Origin: an uncultured Candidatus Saccharibacteria bacterium
GTDB taxonomy: Bacteria; Patescibacteriota; Saccharimonadia; Saccharimonadales; Saccharimonadaceae
Direction of reading: 5' to 3'
Length of the DNA stretch: 64,000 bases
NCBI GenBank assembly: GCA_937889535.1
Contig: CALBZW010000011.1
Span: 140,513 to 204,512, forward strand
Shown here: positions 6,863 through 16,391 of the stretch, piece after piece
Numbering within the stretch: the first letter of the stretch is position 1
How the letters are laid out: the number at the start of each line of letters is the position of its first letter
Position numbers and translations under genes: made by a program
Notes under the pieces: model-generated
The model's database searches: none
Told to the model about the DNA's origin: nothing
Seen by the model: only the letters and a program-made list of their open reading frames with translations

Positions 6863-9577
6863 ATGGACAAAACTGCGAAAAAATCGAAAGATAAGTCCTC
6901 AAAGCGAGGAAACATGGGGGTTTATTCTAGTTTAGTGGCCGACCGGACGAAAAAATTGGTCAAATCGGCAAGTAATAAAGTCAAGAACGGCGGCAAGAAA
7001 AAAACGACGGAAAATCCGAAGTTGAAGCCATTGCCAAGGGAACAGCCGGCGCGGTTTTTTGCGCATTTTCGCTGGGAGCGAATTAAGGCGTATTGGTTCT
7101 CGAAGGCGGGGGCGAAGAGGATTGGAAAGATTTTTGCGGCGTGTTGTTTGATTGGGATTATCGCAGTTGGAGCTTTGTTTGTCTATTATAAAAATCAGTT
7201 AAAAGAGATTCAGCTGAACGATTTGACGATCTCGGAGACGGTGAATACTTATCTTGACCGGAACGGGATCGTACTCTGGGAGGATAAAGGCGACGCGGAT
7301 TATCGCTTGGTCGTAGAGGAAGGTGATATTGCGACGTACGCGCGGCAAGCGACGGTGGCAATTGAGGATCGGAATTTCTATAATCACCCAGGTGTGGATA
7401 TCGGGGCTTTGATGCGGGCGACACTGTCAACGCTGACTGGGCGCGGGGTGCAGGGTGGTTCGACTCTGACGCAACAGTTAATTAAACAGATTTATTTCTC
7501 AGATGAGGCGGCGAGTGCGAACCGTGGCGGTATTGCGCGCAAGGTAAAAGAGTTGATTCTGTCGATTGAGCTAGAGAAGATGTACAGCAAAGAACAGATC
7601 ATCACGATGTATCTGAATGAGTCTCCGTATGGTGGGCGCAGGAATGGGATTGAGAGTGCAGCACAGACGTATTTCGGGAAGAGTGCGAAGGAGTTGAATT
7701 TGGCTGAGTCGGCGCTGCTGGCGGCGATTCCGAACAACCCGGCGATTTTGAACCCGTATAACGAAGCGGGAAATGAGGCGTTGATCCAGAGGCAGCACAA
7801 AGTCCTAGATGATATGGTTGAGATGGGATATATTAACAGTGATGAAGCAAAAGCGGCGAAGGAAGTGGCAATTCTAGACCAGATTCAGCCAGAGTCGAAT
7901 CAGTATGACAATATCAAGGCGCCACATTTTGTGCTTGAGGTACGGGATCAACTAGAGGAGAAATATGGGATTCAGTTCATGCGAACTGGAGGTTATACGA
8001 TCACAACGTCACTGGACTACCGCGCGCAAGAGATGGCAGAACGAGCTGTAGCGAATGGTGCACAGTTGACTTACCTAAATAATAGCGATAATATTGCCCT
8101 GGCATCGGTGGACGTAGAAACTGGGCAAGTGTTGGCGATGGTAGGGTCAATTGATTGGAACACGCCAGTGTATGGAGAGGTGAATGCGGCAGTATCAGAC
8201 CTTGAGCCAGGCTCGTCGATTAAGCCGCTACTGGATTATACGCCACTGTTCTCGCTGACAGGCGATCAGGTGTATGGACCGGGGTCGATTCTGAAAGATG
8301 AAAATATTGATAGTATATATTGTGCAGGTTATACGGGCGGAGACTGTGCGTTGAGGAACTTTAGTGGTAGATTTTACGGGAATTTGACCGCGAGACAGTC
8401 GCTAGGTAACTCACTGAATATTGGTGCGGTGAAAGCATTGGCGCTCGCAGGGATTGATAACGCGCTGGAAATCTTGCATGGGTTAGGTGATAAGAGCTAC
8501 TGCGCTGGAAATACAACGGCTGGTTTGTCGATGGCAATCGGTAGCGGTTGTATGGTGAAGCCGATTGAACACGCAAATGCGTATGCTTCGATTGCGCGCG
8601 GTGGCGTATATCGCGAATTGGCGTATGTGCTAGAGGTTAAGGACTCAAGTGGTAAGACCCTCGAAAAATGGGAGGATGAGGACGGCGAACGAGTTGTCGA
8701 CGAGCAGGTAGCATATGAGATTGCAGATATCATGGGTGACCACAGTGCGCGCAGAATTATGTTTGGTGACACTTCAAGCATGTTCGGATTTAATATTCCG
8801 GGAGTCTGGACGGGCAGCAAAACCGGTACGACGACAACAACAAATAGCGCGGTGGCGAAGGATAACTGGATGGCGAGCTTCTCGACGGCGATTGCAACAG
8901 TGATTTGGAATGGTCGACATGATGGGTCGGGGCTGTCTAGTAGCTTGAATAACGTCGTGCGGCGAGTGATGGCAGATTATATGGAGCCAGTACATAAAGA
9001 ACTGTATGCGAGCGAAGGCAAATGGAAATCGGGTGACCAGCCCGTGAAGCCGGCGGGGATCCAGACTCTGACGATTAACGGCGTAACTGACATCTGGCCG
9101 AGTTGGTATAACTCAAAAAAATCTGGGGTGCAATCTGAAAGTGTAGCCTTTAACAAAGAAAATGGTCTGCGTGCCGCGGATTGTACCCCCGAAAGCAAGC
9201 GGATTTCGGTGGAAGTAACAAGATCAAAAGACCCGGTGTCAGGCGTAGAGATTCTGAATGTGCCGGATGGGTATAATTATGATGAGTTTGACCCTTGTGA
9301 GAATACGACGGCAGACGTGCATCCGTCAGTGAGTATTAGTAAGGTGGCGTCGGGAGATGCGTCGTACCTGAACATTACGCTCGCCAAGGGGACGTATGAT
9401 CTGAAGAGTTATAAGATTACGGTTGACGGTGAAGTAGTCGATAGCGGTAGTGCAACGGTTGGGACGATACATCAAGCGTTGGCTGGTGGCGAAAAATTGG
9501 TAGTGGTAGAGGTGACTGATACCAAGGGGAACACAACGCGCAAGACGTATGAACTGGGCGGCGGGGAGGACGACTAG
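6863..9577 (+). CDS. class A penicillin-binding protein (GT51 transglycosylase + transpeptidase)
   Basis: EDRNFYNHPGVD, GGSTLTQQL, RKVKE, SSIKP (SxxK), SLN and KTGTT motifs. ATG lies 7 nt after TGCTATAAT (6847-6855). Confidence 0.9.
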   Translation: MDKTAKKSKDKSSKRGNMGVYSSLVADRTKKLVKSASNKVKNGGKKKTTENPKLKPLPREQPARFFAHFRWERIKAYWFSKAGAKRIGKIFAACCLIGIIAVGALFVYYKNQLKEIQLNDLTISETVNTYLDRNGIVLWEDKGDADYRLVVEEGDIATYARQATVAIEDRNFYNHPGVDIGALMRATLSTLTGRGVQGGSTLTQQLIKQIYFSDEAASANRGGIARKVKELILSIELEKMYSKEQIITMYLNESPYGGRRNGIESAAQTYFGKSAKELNLAESALLAAIPNNPAILNPYNEAGNEALIQRQHKVLDDMVEMGYINSDEAKAAKEVAILDQIQPESNQYDNIKAPHFVLEVRDQLEEKYGIQFMRTGGYTITTSLDYRAQEMAERAVANGAQLTYLNNSDNIALASVDVETGQVLAMVGSIDWNTPVYGEVNAAVSDLEPGSSIKPLLDYTPLFSLTGDQVYGPGSILKDENIDSIYCAGYTGGDCALRNFSGRFYGNLTARQSLGNSLNIGAVKALALAGIDNALEILHGLGDKSYCAGNTTAGLSMAIGSGCMVKPIEHANAYASIARGGVYRELAYVLEVKDSSGKTLEKWEDEDGERVVDEQVAYEIADIMGDHSARRIMFGDTSSMFGFNIPGVWTGSKTGTTTTTNSAVAKDNWMASFSTAIATVIWNGRHDGSGLSSSLNNVVRRVMADYMEPVHKELYASEGKWKSGDQPVKPAGIQTLTINGVTDIWPSWYNSKKSGVQSESVAFNKENGLRAADCTPESKRISVEVTRSKDPVSGVEILNVPDGYNYDEFDPCENTTADVHPSVSISKVASGDASYLNITLAKGTYDLKSYKITVDGEVVDSGSATVGTIHQALAGGEKLVVVEVTDTKGNTTRKTYELGGGEDD

Positions 9578-9597
9578 GTAGAAAAAGTCTAAGATGG

Positions 9598-9632
9598 CTA
9601 TGGGAGCTCAGTTGAGTTCCCATAGTTGTTTG
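9598..9632. terminator. bidirectional hairpin terminator between convergent genes
   Basis: CTATGGGA...TCCCATAG stem followed by TTGTTTG. Confidence 0.5.
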
Positions 9633-9643
9633 TGGGTTTAAAC

Positions 9644-10399
9644 TTATGATTGTTTTTGGTTGGTTTTGCGAGTTTTGGTCTTAGTCTGGCGGGGAGTCTT
9701 GGAGGGCTTGGCGTTTGGAGTGAGTTTGGCGAACATCATTGTGCCAGCGGCAGTTTGGTTCAGACGCTCAAACTCAACTTCGACTTCCTTACCGATATGG
9801 CTCTTAGCCTTGTCGACGACCACCATAGTGCCATCTTTCAGATAACCAACGCCCTGATTTGGGCCGCTACCAGTCGAAACGAGTTTGACCGTAGCGCGTT
9901 CGCCGGGCAAATATTCATTACGCAAGACAAGCGCAAGAGCGTTGAGATTGAGTACGTCTATGTGGCCGGTGGCGGCGACTTTTTGAAGATTGAAGTCGTT
10001 GGTCAAAATCGCGCCACGCCCGGCTTTTGCTAGCTCAAGGAGACGGTTGTCGACCGGGGTGTGGTCGAGCGGGTCGTCCAAAATCGTTAGATTAAAATAG
10101 ACGACCCGCTCCAGCTCGCGGATAGCATCAAGCCCAGCGCGGGCGCGCACACGCTTATCATGGTCTTTTCCGTCGGCGAGAAGCTGCAGTTCGGCAATCA
10201 CGCTGCGCGGGACGATCATTTCATCGCTCAAGAATCCAGTCTGCGCGACCGCGACCAACCGCGGATCCATCAAGGCGGAAGTGTCGACGTAAACCTTGCG
10301 TTTCTGGTTGCTGAGAAGCGGCTTTTGACGAGATTTTAACAATAGAATGCTAGTCTCGGCTAAAAGTAAAATCGTAATAATTAAAATTATAAAATCCAT
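9644..10399 (-). CDS. PIN + TRAM domain protein (YacL-like) with N-terminal TM segment and K/T-rich tail
   Basis: VYVDTSALMDPRL (PIN) and a C-terminal TRAM-like GKEVEVEFERL. Start re-called to ATG 10399 behind TAAGGAAAAC. Confidence 0.75.
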   Translation of the reverse strand: MDFIILIITILLLAETSILLLKSRQKPLLSNQKRKVYVDTSALMDPRLVAVAQTGFLSDEMIVPRSVIAELQLLADGKDHDKRVRARAGLDAIRELERVVYFNLTILDDPLDHTPVDNRLLELAKAGRGAILTNDFNLQKVAATGHIDVLNLNALALVLRNEYLPGERATVKLVSTGSGPNQGVGYLKDGTMVVVDKAKSHIGKEVEVEFERLNQTAAGTMMFAKLTPNAKPSKTPRQTKTKTRKTNQKQS

Positions 10400-10525
10400 G
10401 TTTTCCTTATATTTATATTGTATAACAAGCGCAGATGTACGAGCAAAAGACAAAACAGTACGTCAAAATCTAGACCTCTAGGAGGTTATACTTTCATTAT
10501 AGCACACATGTTTAAAAATGTCAAA

Positions 10526-11698
10526 CTAAACATCGATCTGGTCGACACCGTATTCACGAGCGTACCTAGTATTCTCGGCGAGAACTTTTTCGTATTTTTC
10601 GACCAGATCATTGCGTTTTTCGAGTTTAGCGACATCAATCGCGAGGTGATACCTGGAGGCGCGATTCATACTCAGCATCTCAAACGGCGTCGTCGTACTG
10701 CCCTTTTCGAGAAAGCCGTGAATCTTGAGGCGTTTCGTATCAGTGTAATTACTAAGAATTTGCCTCAGAGTCGCCGGATAGCCATGGAAATTAGCTATAA
10801 TCGGCTTGTCGGACGTAAAGAGCTCCTGGAACTTGCTCGGGCTAAGCTTACACTCGGTCGTGCCAATCGCTTCGTAAGACAGAGCTGAGATATTGACGAA
10901 GCGGAATTTCTTCTCCGGAAGGTCTTTGCGGAGAATCTCTATGGCTTTTAGGGCTTCGCAGGAGACAATATCGCCGGCGGCAGTAAAAATGTAATCGGGA
11001 TTATCGTCCGAAGCAAAATCGAAGATACTAGCACCACCTTGACTAAATTGATCATCAGCCTGATGCGAATCAAGCCAGCGAGGCTGGTCGGTTTTGTTAA
11101 ATGTTGTAAGATTTACAACATTTGTCGAACGCATCATATAGATAAAGCTGGCTTCGGCCGCAACATCATCAACCGGGAAGAGACAGTTCGCATGATTGCT
11201 CGGGATACTGAGCAGCGTAGAAATCAGGGCTGGGGATTGATGGGTGAAGCCATTGTGATCTTGGCGCCAACAGGTACTGGTCGAGAGGAAATTTGCAGCG
11301 GGGTAATCTGGGCGCCATTTCACGCCGGCAGATTGGTCGAGGAATTTCAGATGCTGGAGAATCTGCGCGGTGATGATAGCGAAAAAAGCTTCATAACTCG
11401 TCATGACGGCAGGTTCGCCAGCGACGAGGTGACCGACCATACAAGCAAACAAGGCATTCTCGGAAAGCATCTCGACGATCCGACCATTCGCGGATTCGGG
11501 CAAATCGAATCCTTGGCGTGGGAGATTCCAAGCACGCTCAGAGACTTCGTAGACTGCGTCGAGCTTGTTACTAGTGGTTTCGTCAGGGGAAAAGAGATAA
11601 AAGTCTTCGTGTTTCGACATGTAATCAGCCATGATAGCACCGATACTACGAGCTGGCGAGAATTTGTCCTTGCCGGGGTTATCAACAATGTCAATCAT
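10526..11698 (-). CDS. xfp: phosphoketolase, C-terminal two-thirds (separate ORF)
   Basis: FSPDETTSNKL and typical XFP middle/C-terminal similarity. Its ATG overlaps the upstream stop as ATGA. Confidence 0.85.
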   Translation of the reverse strand: MIDIVDNPGKDKFSPARSIGAIMADYMSKHEDFYLFSPDETTSNKLDAVYEVSERAWNLPRQGFDLPESANGRIVEMLSENALFACMVGHLVAGEPAVMTSYEAFFAIITAQILQHLKFLDQSAGVKWRPDYPAANFLSTSTCWRQDHNGFTHQSPALISTLLSIPSNHANCLFPVDDVAAEASFIYMMRSTNVVNLTTFNKTDQPRWLDSHQADDQFSQGGASIFDFASDDNPDYIFTAAGDIVSCEALKAIEILRKDLPEKKFRFVNISALSYEAIGTTECKLSPSKFQELFTSDKPIIANFHGYPATLRQILSNYTDTKRLKIHGFLEKGSTTTPFEMLSMNRASRYHLAIDVAKLEKRNDLVEKYEKVLAENTRYAREYGVDQIDV

Positions 11699-12783
11699 AG
11701 CCGAAATCCTTTCTTCGTATCAAATAGTTTATTGAAATGATAGCTCGTGAGCCAATCTTCGAGGATTTTAAGCTCGTCGGCGTCTTCTTTTGCATTCGGC
11801 AAAGGAATCTGATGAGCAAGGTAGTTGCCGGCAACCTTTTTACCATGAACTTCGGTCGGGCCGGTCGCACCTTTTTCGGTACGCAAAATGAAGAATGGAT
11901 ATTCATATTTTTCGGCTCGGGCTAGAGCGTCTTGGAAAGTCTCGGGTTTATCGCCGTTGATTTCGACTGGCGTATAGCCAAAACCGCGAATCATTTCGTT
12001 AAGCTCGCGCTCTGACTTGCGACCGTATAGAGTTGGTCCAGAAATTTTGTAACCGTTGAGATGTAAAATCGGCAAAACTTTTCCATGATAAAGGTGGCTA
12101 CCGGAAGTTTTGACGAGATTTAGCGAAGCTAAAGCGGAGGCGGTCTCTAATTCCCCATCGCCAAGCATAACTGCGACAGTGCGCTCAGGATGACCCAGCA
12201 CATAACCATAAGCTGCGCCAAGAGCATAGCCTAATTCTCCACCTTCACAAATCACGCCGGGAGTAAAAGGGCTGGCGTGGGACGGGAACCCGCCAGGCCA
12301 GGAGAAATTGCGGCAGATATAGGCAATGCCTTTTTCGTCAAGCGTAGCCTTCGAGTCGACTTTGGCAAGTTCGCCGTCGAGGAATAAATTTGCTTGAAGC
12401 GCAGGAAAACCGTGACCGGGACCGAGAACAAAGTAAAAATTCGGATCAGGAACACGAGGCTCGGAATGATAACTGTCGTCATCGTCCCGAGATTTTTGCT
12501 TTATGGCAAATGGGTCAAAATCTTCTAGCTTCTGCTTATCACTAGTAGAGGCGGAATGATCGGTATTAGCGCTTTTGCTAAAGTAGTATTTAAGATTAGC
12601 ATAGGCGACATCAATGCCATGGCAAGTTCCCCAGTGGCCGAGAAGACGAGGCTTAATATCGTCAAAAGTTAGCTTGCGCGAAAGTAGATAATTGTCTTGG
12701 AGGAAAAGCTGTGCCACTACCAAATAATCGCTGGCGCGGACGCGACGACGAATCGTCTCAAGATTGCTCCCATGTGTTTCCAT
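11695..12783 (-). CDS. xfp: phosphoketolase, N-terminal TPP-binding part (separate ORF)
   Basis: GHWGTCHG, GPGHG, GDGELET and EDWLTSY motifs. ATG 12783 lies 7 nt after TGCTATAAT. Confidence 0.85.
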   Translation of the reverse strand: METHGSNLETIRRRVRASDYLVVAQLFLQDNYLLSRKLTFDDIKPRLLGHWGTCHGIDVAYANLKYYFSKSANTDHSASTSDKQKLEDFDPFAIKQKSRDDDDSYHSEPRVPDPNFYFVLGPGHGFPALQANLFLDGELAKVDSKATLDEKGIAYICRNFSWPGGFPSHASPFTPGVICEGGELGYALGAAYGYVLGHPERTVAVMLGDGELETASALASLNLVKTSGSHLYHGKVLPILHLNGYKISGPTLYGRKSERELNEMIRGFGYTPVEINGDKPETFQDALARAEKYEYPFFILRTEKGATGPTEVHGKKVAGNYLAHQIPLPNAKEDADELKILEDWLTSYHFNKLFDTKKGFRL

Positions 12784-12842
12784 ATATATTATTATAGCAG
12801 TTTTTAACGAAAATATGGAAAATGTCTACGGTTTCGCGGATA

Positions 12843-13373
12843 TTACTTATGCTTGACTTTGACCATCGCCGCGCGGATAACTGAACCGTCATAAAGATAG
12901 CCGGGGCGCAAAGTTTCAGCGATAACTTCGGTATCACCCTCGCCATTTTCGACGGAAACCGCTTCATGGAGATCGGGGTTGAATTCAGTGCCAGGAGTAG
13001 AATCAATCTGCGCTAGACCGAGATTGGCTAAAGTTTTGTCAAAATTCTTGCGTAGAGGAGAAAGCTGCTCGGGGTAAGCACTCAGCGCGCGTTCAAAATC
13101 GTCAACAAGCGGAAGAAATTTCTCGACGGTGGCATATTTCGCAGCAGACATGGCGAGAGTTTTCTGGCTTTCAACTTGCTTGCGATAGTTCTCGAAATCA
13201 GCACGAGTGCGCTGGAGATCGCCAAGTAATTCGGCCGTCGCGTCAGTTTGCGCAGTGACAGTTTCTACCTCGGGCTGAGCAGCAGAATCGGGTGCCTGGG
13301 CGGAGTCTATAATTTCGTCAGGTTGCATAGCAATGTCTTCCGGGGAGTTTTCTTCGATTTTGACTTTTTTCAT
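12843..13373 (-). CDS. grpE: nucleotide exchange factor GrpE
   Basis: ADFENYRKQ motif; follows hrcA. Confidence 0.9.
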   Translation of the reverse strand: MKKVKIEENSPEDIAMQPDEIIDSAQAPDSAAQPEVETVTAQTDATAELLGDLQRTRADFENYRKQVESQKTLAMSAAKYATVEKFLPLVDDFERALSAYPEQLSPLRKNFDKTLANLGLAQIDSTPGTEFNPDLHEAVSVENGEGDTEVIAETLRPGYLYDGSVIRAAMVKVKHK

Positions 13374-13385
13374 ATAATTCCTTCC

Positions 13386-14141
13386 TTATTTTAGAGATAA
13401 TGCATTTTCCAGCATGACACCAGCTTGACGCACGAGCGACATGACGCGGGCGTAATTTTGACGAGTCGGGCCAAGCACGCCAATATAGCTTCGATCGGAA
13501 TATGGCGAACGGAAACGGCTAACGATTAAAGAAACTTGAGAAGTTTTGCCGATAGGATTTTCTTGGCCAATGAAGATATTGAGCGGCTGACCGGGTGCAG
13601 CCTCACGAAGCCAAGGTTCAAGATTGTCGAGCAACTTCGCGACGGCCTGGACGCGCTGATTATCAAGAAACTCAGGCTGAGTAAAAAGTCGAGCAATGCC
13701 AGACATGTAGAGTTGGTCGCCAATCGTAGCTAGACCAAGGTTGCCAGTCAGTTCAACTAGCGAATCGACGGCGCCACGAATTGCAAAATCGGCACGAGTC
13801 TGCGAGCTAATGCGGACTTCAAGTACACGATTCCCCCGTTCAAGCGGTTTGTCATCTGGCGTCTCGCGACGTAGCGGAATCGCAGATTCGACTTCTTCAG
13901 GATTTTCCGACAGAGTATTCACATAATAGCGATACCCCGCATCAGTCGGGACACGACCAGCGGAAGTGTGCGGCTGAGCAATATAGCCGTATTCTTCAAG
14001 GCGGGCCATCTCGGCGCGGATTGTAGCCGAAGATACGTCAAAAAGTTTTGCCAGAGTAACGCTACCAACTGGAGTAGCTAACTCAGCGTATTCTTCGATA
14101 ATTGCAAAGAGGATTCCCTCTTGGCGTTTTGTCAAACTCAT
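13386..14141 (-). CDS. hrcA: heat-inducible transcription repressor HrcA
   Basis: N-terminal winged-helix LTKRQEGILFAIIEEY. Start re-called to ATG 14141, 6 nt after TGCTATAAT (14148-14156). Confidence 0.9.
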   Translation of the reverse strand: MSLTKRQEGILFAIIEEYAELATPVGSVTLAKLFDVSSATIRAEMARLEEYGYIAQPHTSAGRVPTDAGYRYYVNTLSENPEEVESAIPLRRETPDDKPLERGNRVLEVRISSQTRADFAIRGAVDSLVELTGNLGLATIGDQLYMSGIARLFTQPEFLDNQRVQAVAKLLDNLEPWLREAAPGQPLNIFIGQENPIGKTSQVSLIVSRFRSPYSDRSYIGVLGPTRQNYARVMSLVRQAGVMLENALSLK

Positions 14142-14158
14142 ACTTTCATTATAGCAAA

Positions 14159-14185
14159 TTAGCACTCTTTTCGCAATAGTGCTAG
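14159..14185. promoter_or_regulatory. CIRCE operator (TTAGCACTC-N9-tAGTGCTAg)
   Basis: Near-consensus match to TTAGCACTC-N9-GAGTGCTAA, directly upstream of the hrcA -10. Confidence 0.8.
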
Positions 14186-14222
14186 ATGGGAGACAGATTG
14201 GATTTTATGCTATAATCAATAC

Positions 14223-14861
14223 ATGGAAGAACAGATACAGAATATTAAGACTTGGCTCGGGCGCGGGAGCATAAATATCTTCGGCTTGCCAATGAGCGGT
14301 AAAGATACGGTGGGGGTGCGACTCGCGGAGACGATTGGGGGGAAATTTTTGTCTTCGGGTATCATCGTACGGGCGCTAGAAAAATCAACACAGCAGAATC
14401 ACACGGGCGAAGGTAAGTTAATGCCATCAAATGTGTTTTATGAATGGGTCTTGCCGTATTTTGAAAAAAATGAGCTATTAAATTATCCGTTAGTCTTGTC
14501 ATCAATTGGGCGCTGGGAAGGCGAAGAGAATCAAGTAATGAGCGTGGCACGGGAGAGTGGGCATCCGATTCGCGCAGTAGTTATGTTACAGCTTTCGGAA
14601 CAAGATGCAATTGAGCGTTGGGAGGCGGCGAAGCTCTTGAACGATCGCGGGCTGAGAGCGGATGATGCCGACCCGGCAGTATTTCAGACGCGGATTAATG
14701 AATATCGCGAGAAAACCGTACCTGTTCTAAAACATTATCAGGAATTAGGGCTTCTTCTTCCGGTGAAGGCTGATGCGCCGCGCGATCAGGTTTTTGCGAA
14801 CGTGATTGAGGCGTTGGATAGTTTTGCGCGCCGTTCGGGCAATTTCACGACGGAATTGTAA
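14223..14861 (+). CDS. adenylate kinase-like nucleotide kinase
   Basis: P-loop GLPMSGKDT and an Adk-like C-terminus. ATG lies 6 nt after TGCTATAAT (14208-14216). Confidence 0.6.
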   Translation: MEEQIQNIKTWLGRGSINIFGLPMSGKDTVGVRLAETIGGKFLSSGIIVRALEKSTQQNHTGEGKLMPSNVFYEWVLPYFEKNELLNYPLVLSSIGRWEGEENQVMSVARESGHPIRAVVMLQLSEQDAIERWEAAKLLNDRGLRADDADPAVFQTRINEYREKTVPVLKHYQELGLLLPVKADAPRDQVFANVIEALDSFARRSGNFTTEL

Positions 14862-16331
14862 AATAATATAGACTGTTCCAGCCGAAATGATAAGTGTTAC
14901 GATGCCGGCGGCAATGAAGACCGATTTGCTAGAAGATGTATTGGGAACGAGAGCGTAGGTCGCGCCATCGTTGTTAGAGGTAATCTTACGGCAGCGATTA
15001 GTTTCAGGATTACGCTCGTATCCAGCCTTGCATTCTTTTGCTCCGCTGGACTCGGCGATTTTCTTGCAACGTCCGGTCAGTGGGTTAAGATATTTTCCCT
15101 CCGGGCAGACTGTAGTACTAGAGCCGGAGGTGACGTTAACACAGTTGCCTGTATCAGGATTGATGGTCTTACCGGTCGGGCAAGTGCGAAATTCTTGATA
15201 GACATTTGCGCTGCCCGGAGTAGGTGCGTAGGTCAGATCCCAAATTTCTTCACTACCGGTAGTATAGAAACGAGCATAACTGGTAGACTTTTTCTGACCA
15301 TGATTATAGACTAGGGTGTCGACGGTTGCCCCGTTGGTGTCTATGAGTTCTATCGTATTAGAGGAATTGGGATTTTTTGTCAGACTAAAGCTAGTAGTCT
15401 GGGCTGACGGATAGTAGGCATAATAGCCATCGGCGGTAATTTCTCCAGAGAGGTAATAGGTTTTGTTCTTATAGCGAAGCGCGCATCGGTCCATGACAAC
15501 TGTCTGACCAGAAGGATTATAAAGTTCAATAAATTGTTCGGACTTGTCGTTCGCATAATAAGCAAGAATTTCAGAAAATTCTAAATCGTAGCAGCGCGAG
15601 GTGGTTTCGGTAGAATTGTCGTTAGATCCGTCAGGGCTATCCGGAGTCGGCGGAAGGATGAGCGAGGGCTGAGATGGGTCGAAATCGGGTTCATAGTCAA
15701 TAATATGTTCAAAGTTCCCAGTATCAGAATTGCGCACTAGCGTAGTGGGTTTGGCGCTCTTGAAGCTCGATAAACAACCCTCGCCGCTCCCCCAGCAAAC
15801 TTGGTCGATGGTTTCATTATGATAAGTTAATTCAATCCGGCCATTCGCCATAGCGAGCGTCGTCATATAGGTCGCGTCCGCCCGATCGCTAGCTGGCGAC
15901 CGAGCGTAACGCATGAGGAGAGTCTCGCCAGTCATAAGGCTTCCCTCCGCAAAGTCAAGGAGGAGGGTGGTTTTACCGCTGGAGTTCGTATAACGAAGTC
16001 CATAACCAGCGAGCGAAAAATCAGGAGTGTCGACAATTTTCTGCAACTCGATGAGCTCGCCGACATTTTGAGCCTCATCGATAGTATAGCCAGGATTAAC
16101 AGCTTGAATTATGAGATCGGTTGTGAATTTGAAACTATCATCTGGTTCTTTCGGCAAGTCAGAGTCAGGATTATCAGGGTTAGGCCCATCGACTGTTGAA
16201 TTGTCTGCCTGATACTCTTGCAATAGCCGAGAAGAGGAAGCAATAATGGGACTAATTTGACAGCCACAGCAACTTAAAATCGCAGTACCAAACAGTAGAC
16301 TGAACCGAAAATGATGTAAAAATTTCTTCAT
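14745..16331 (-). CDS. secreted/anchored protein with two lamin-tail (LTD) domains, Cys-repeat stalk, C-terminal TM and basic tail
   Basis: Signal peptide MKKFLHHFRFSLLFGTAILSCCGC; LTD-like FIELYNPSG. Start re-called to ATG 16331, 6 nt after TGCTATGCT. Confidence 0.7.
   Translation of the reverse strand: MKKFLHHFRFSLLFGTAILSCCGCQISPIIASSSRLLQEYQADNSTVDGPNPDNPDSDLPKEPDDSFKFTTDLIIQAVNPGYTIDEAQNVGELIELQKIVDTPDFSLAGYGLRYTNSSGKTTLLLDFAEGSLMTGETLLMRYARSPASDRADATYMTTLAMANGRIELTYHNETIDQVCWGSGEGCLSSFKSAKPTTLVRNSDTGNFEHIIDYEPDFDPSQPSLILPPTPDSPDGSNDNSTETTSRCYDLEFSEILAYYANDKSEQFIELYNPSGQTVVMDRCALRYKNKTYYLSGEITADGYYAYYPSAQTTSFSLTKNPNSSNTIELIDTNGATVDTLVYNHGQKKSTSYARFYTTGSEEIWDLTYAPTPGSANVYQEFRTCPTGKTINPDTGNCVNVTSGSSTTVCPEGKYLNPLTGRCKKIAESSGAKECKAGYERNPETNRCRKITSNNDGATYALVPNTSSSKSVFIAAGIVTLIISAGTVYIILQFRREIARTARKTIQRLNHVRKNLIARRISLHRKKKP
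14976..15182 (-). repeat. three tandem C-x2-G-x3-NP-x-T-x2-C peptide repeats within the LTD protein
   Basis: CPTGKTINPDTGNC / CPEGKYLNPLTGRC / CKAGYERNPETNRC. Confidence 0.55.
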
Positions 16332-16391
16332 GAACGGAGCATAGCACAAAATGAAAAAAATTAGCAAGCATAAGTGTGATATAATTTTGGT

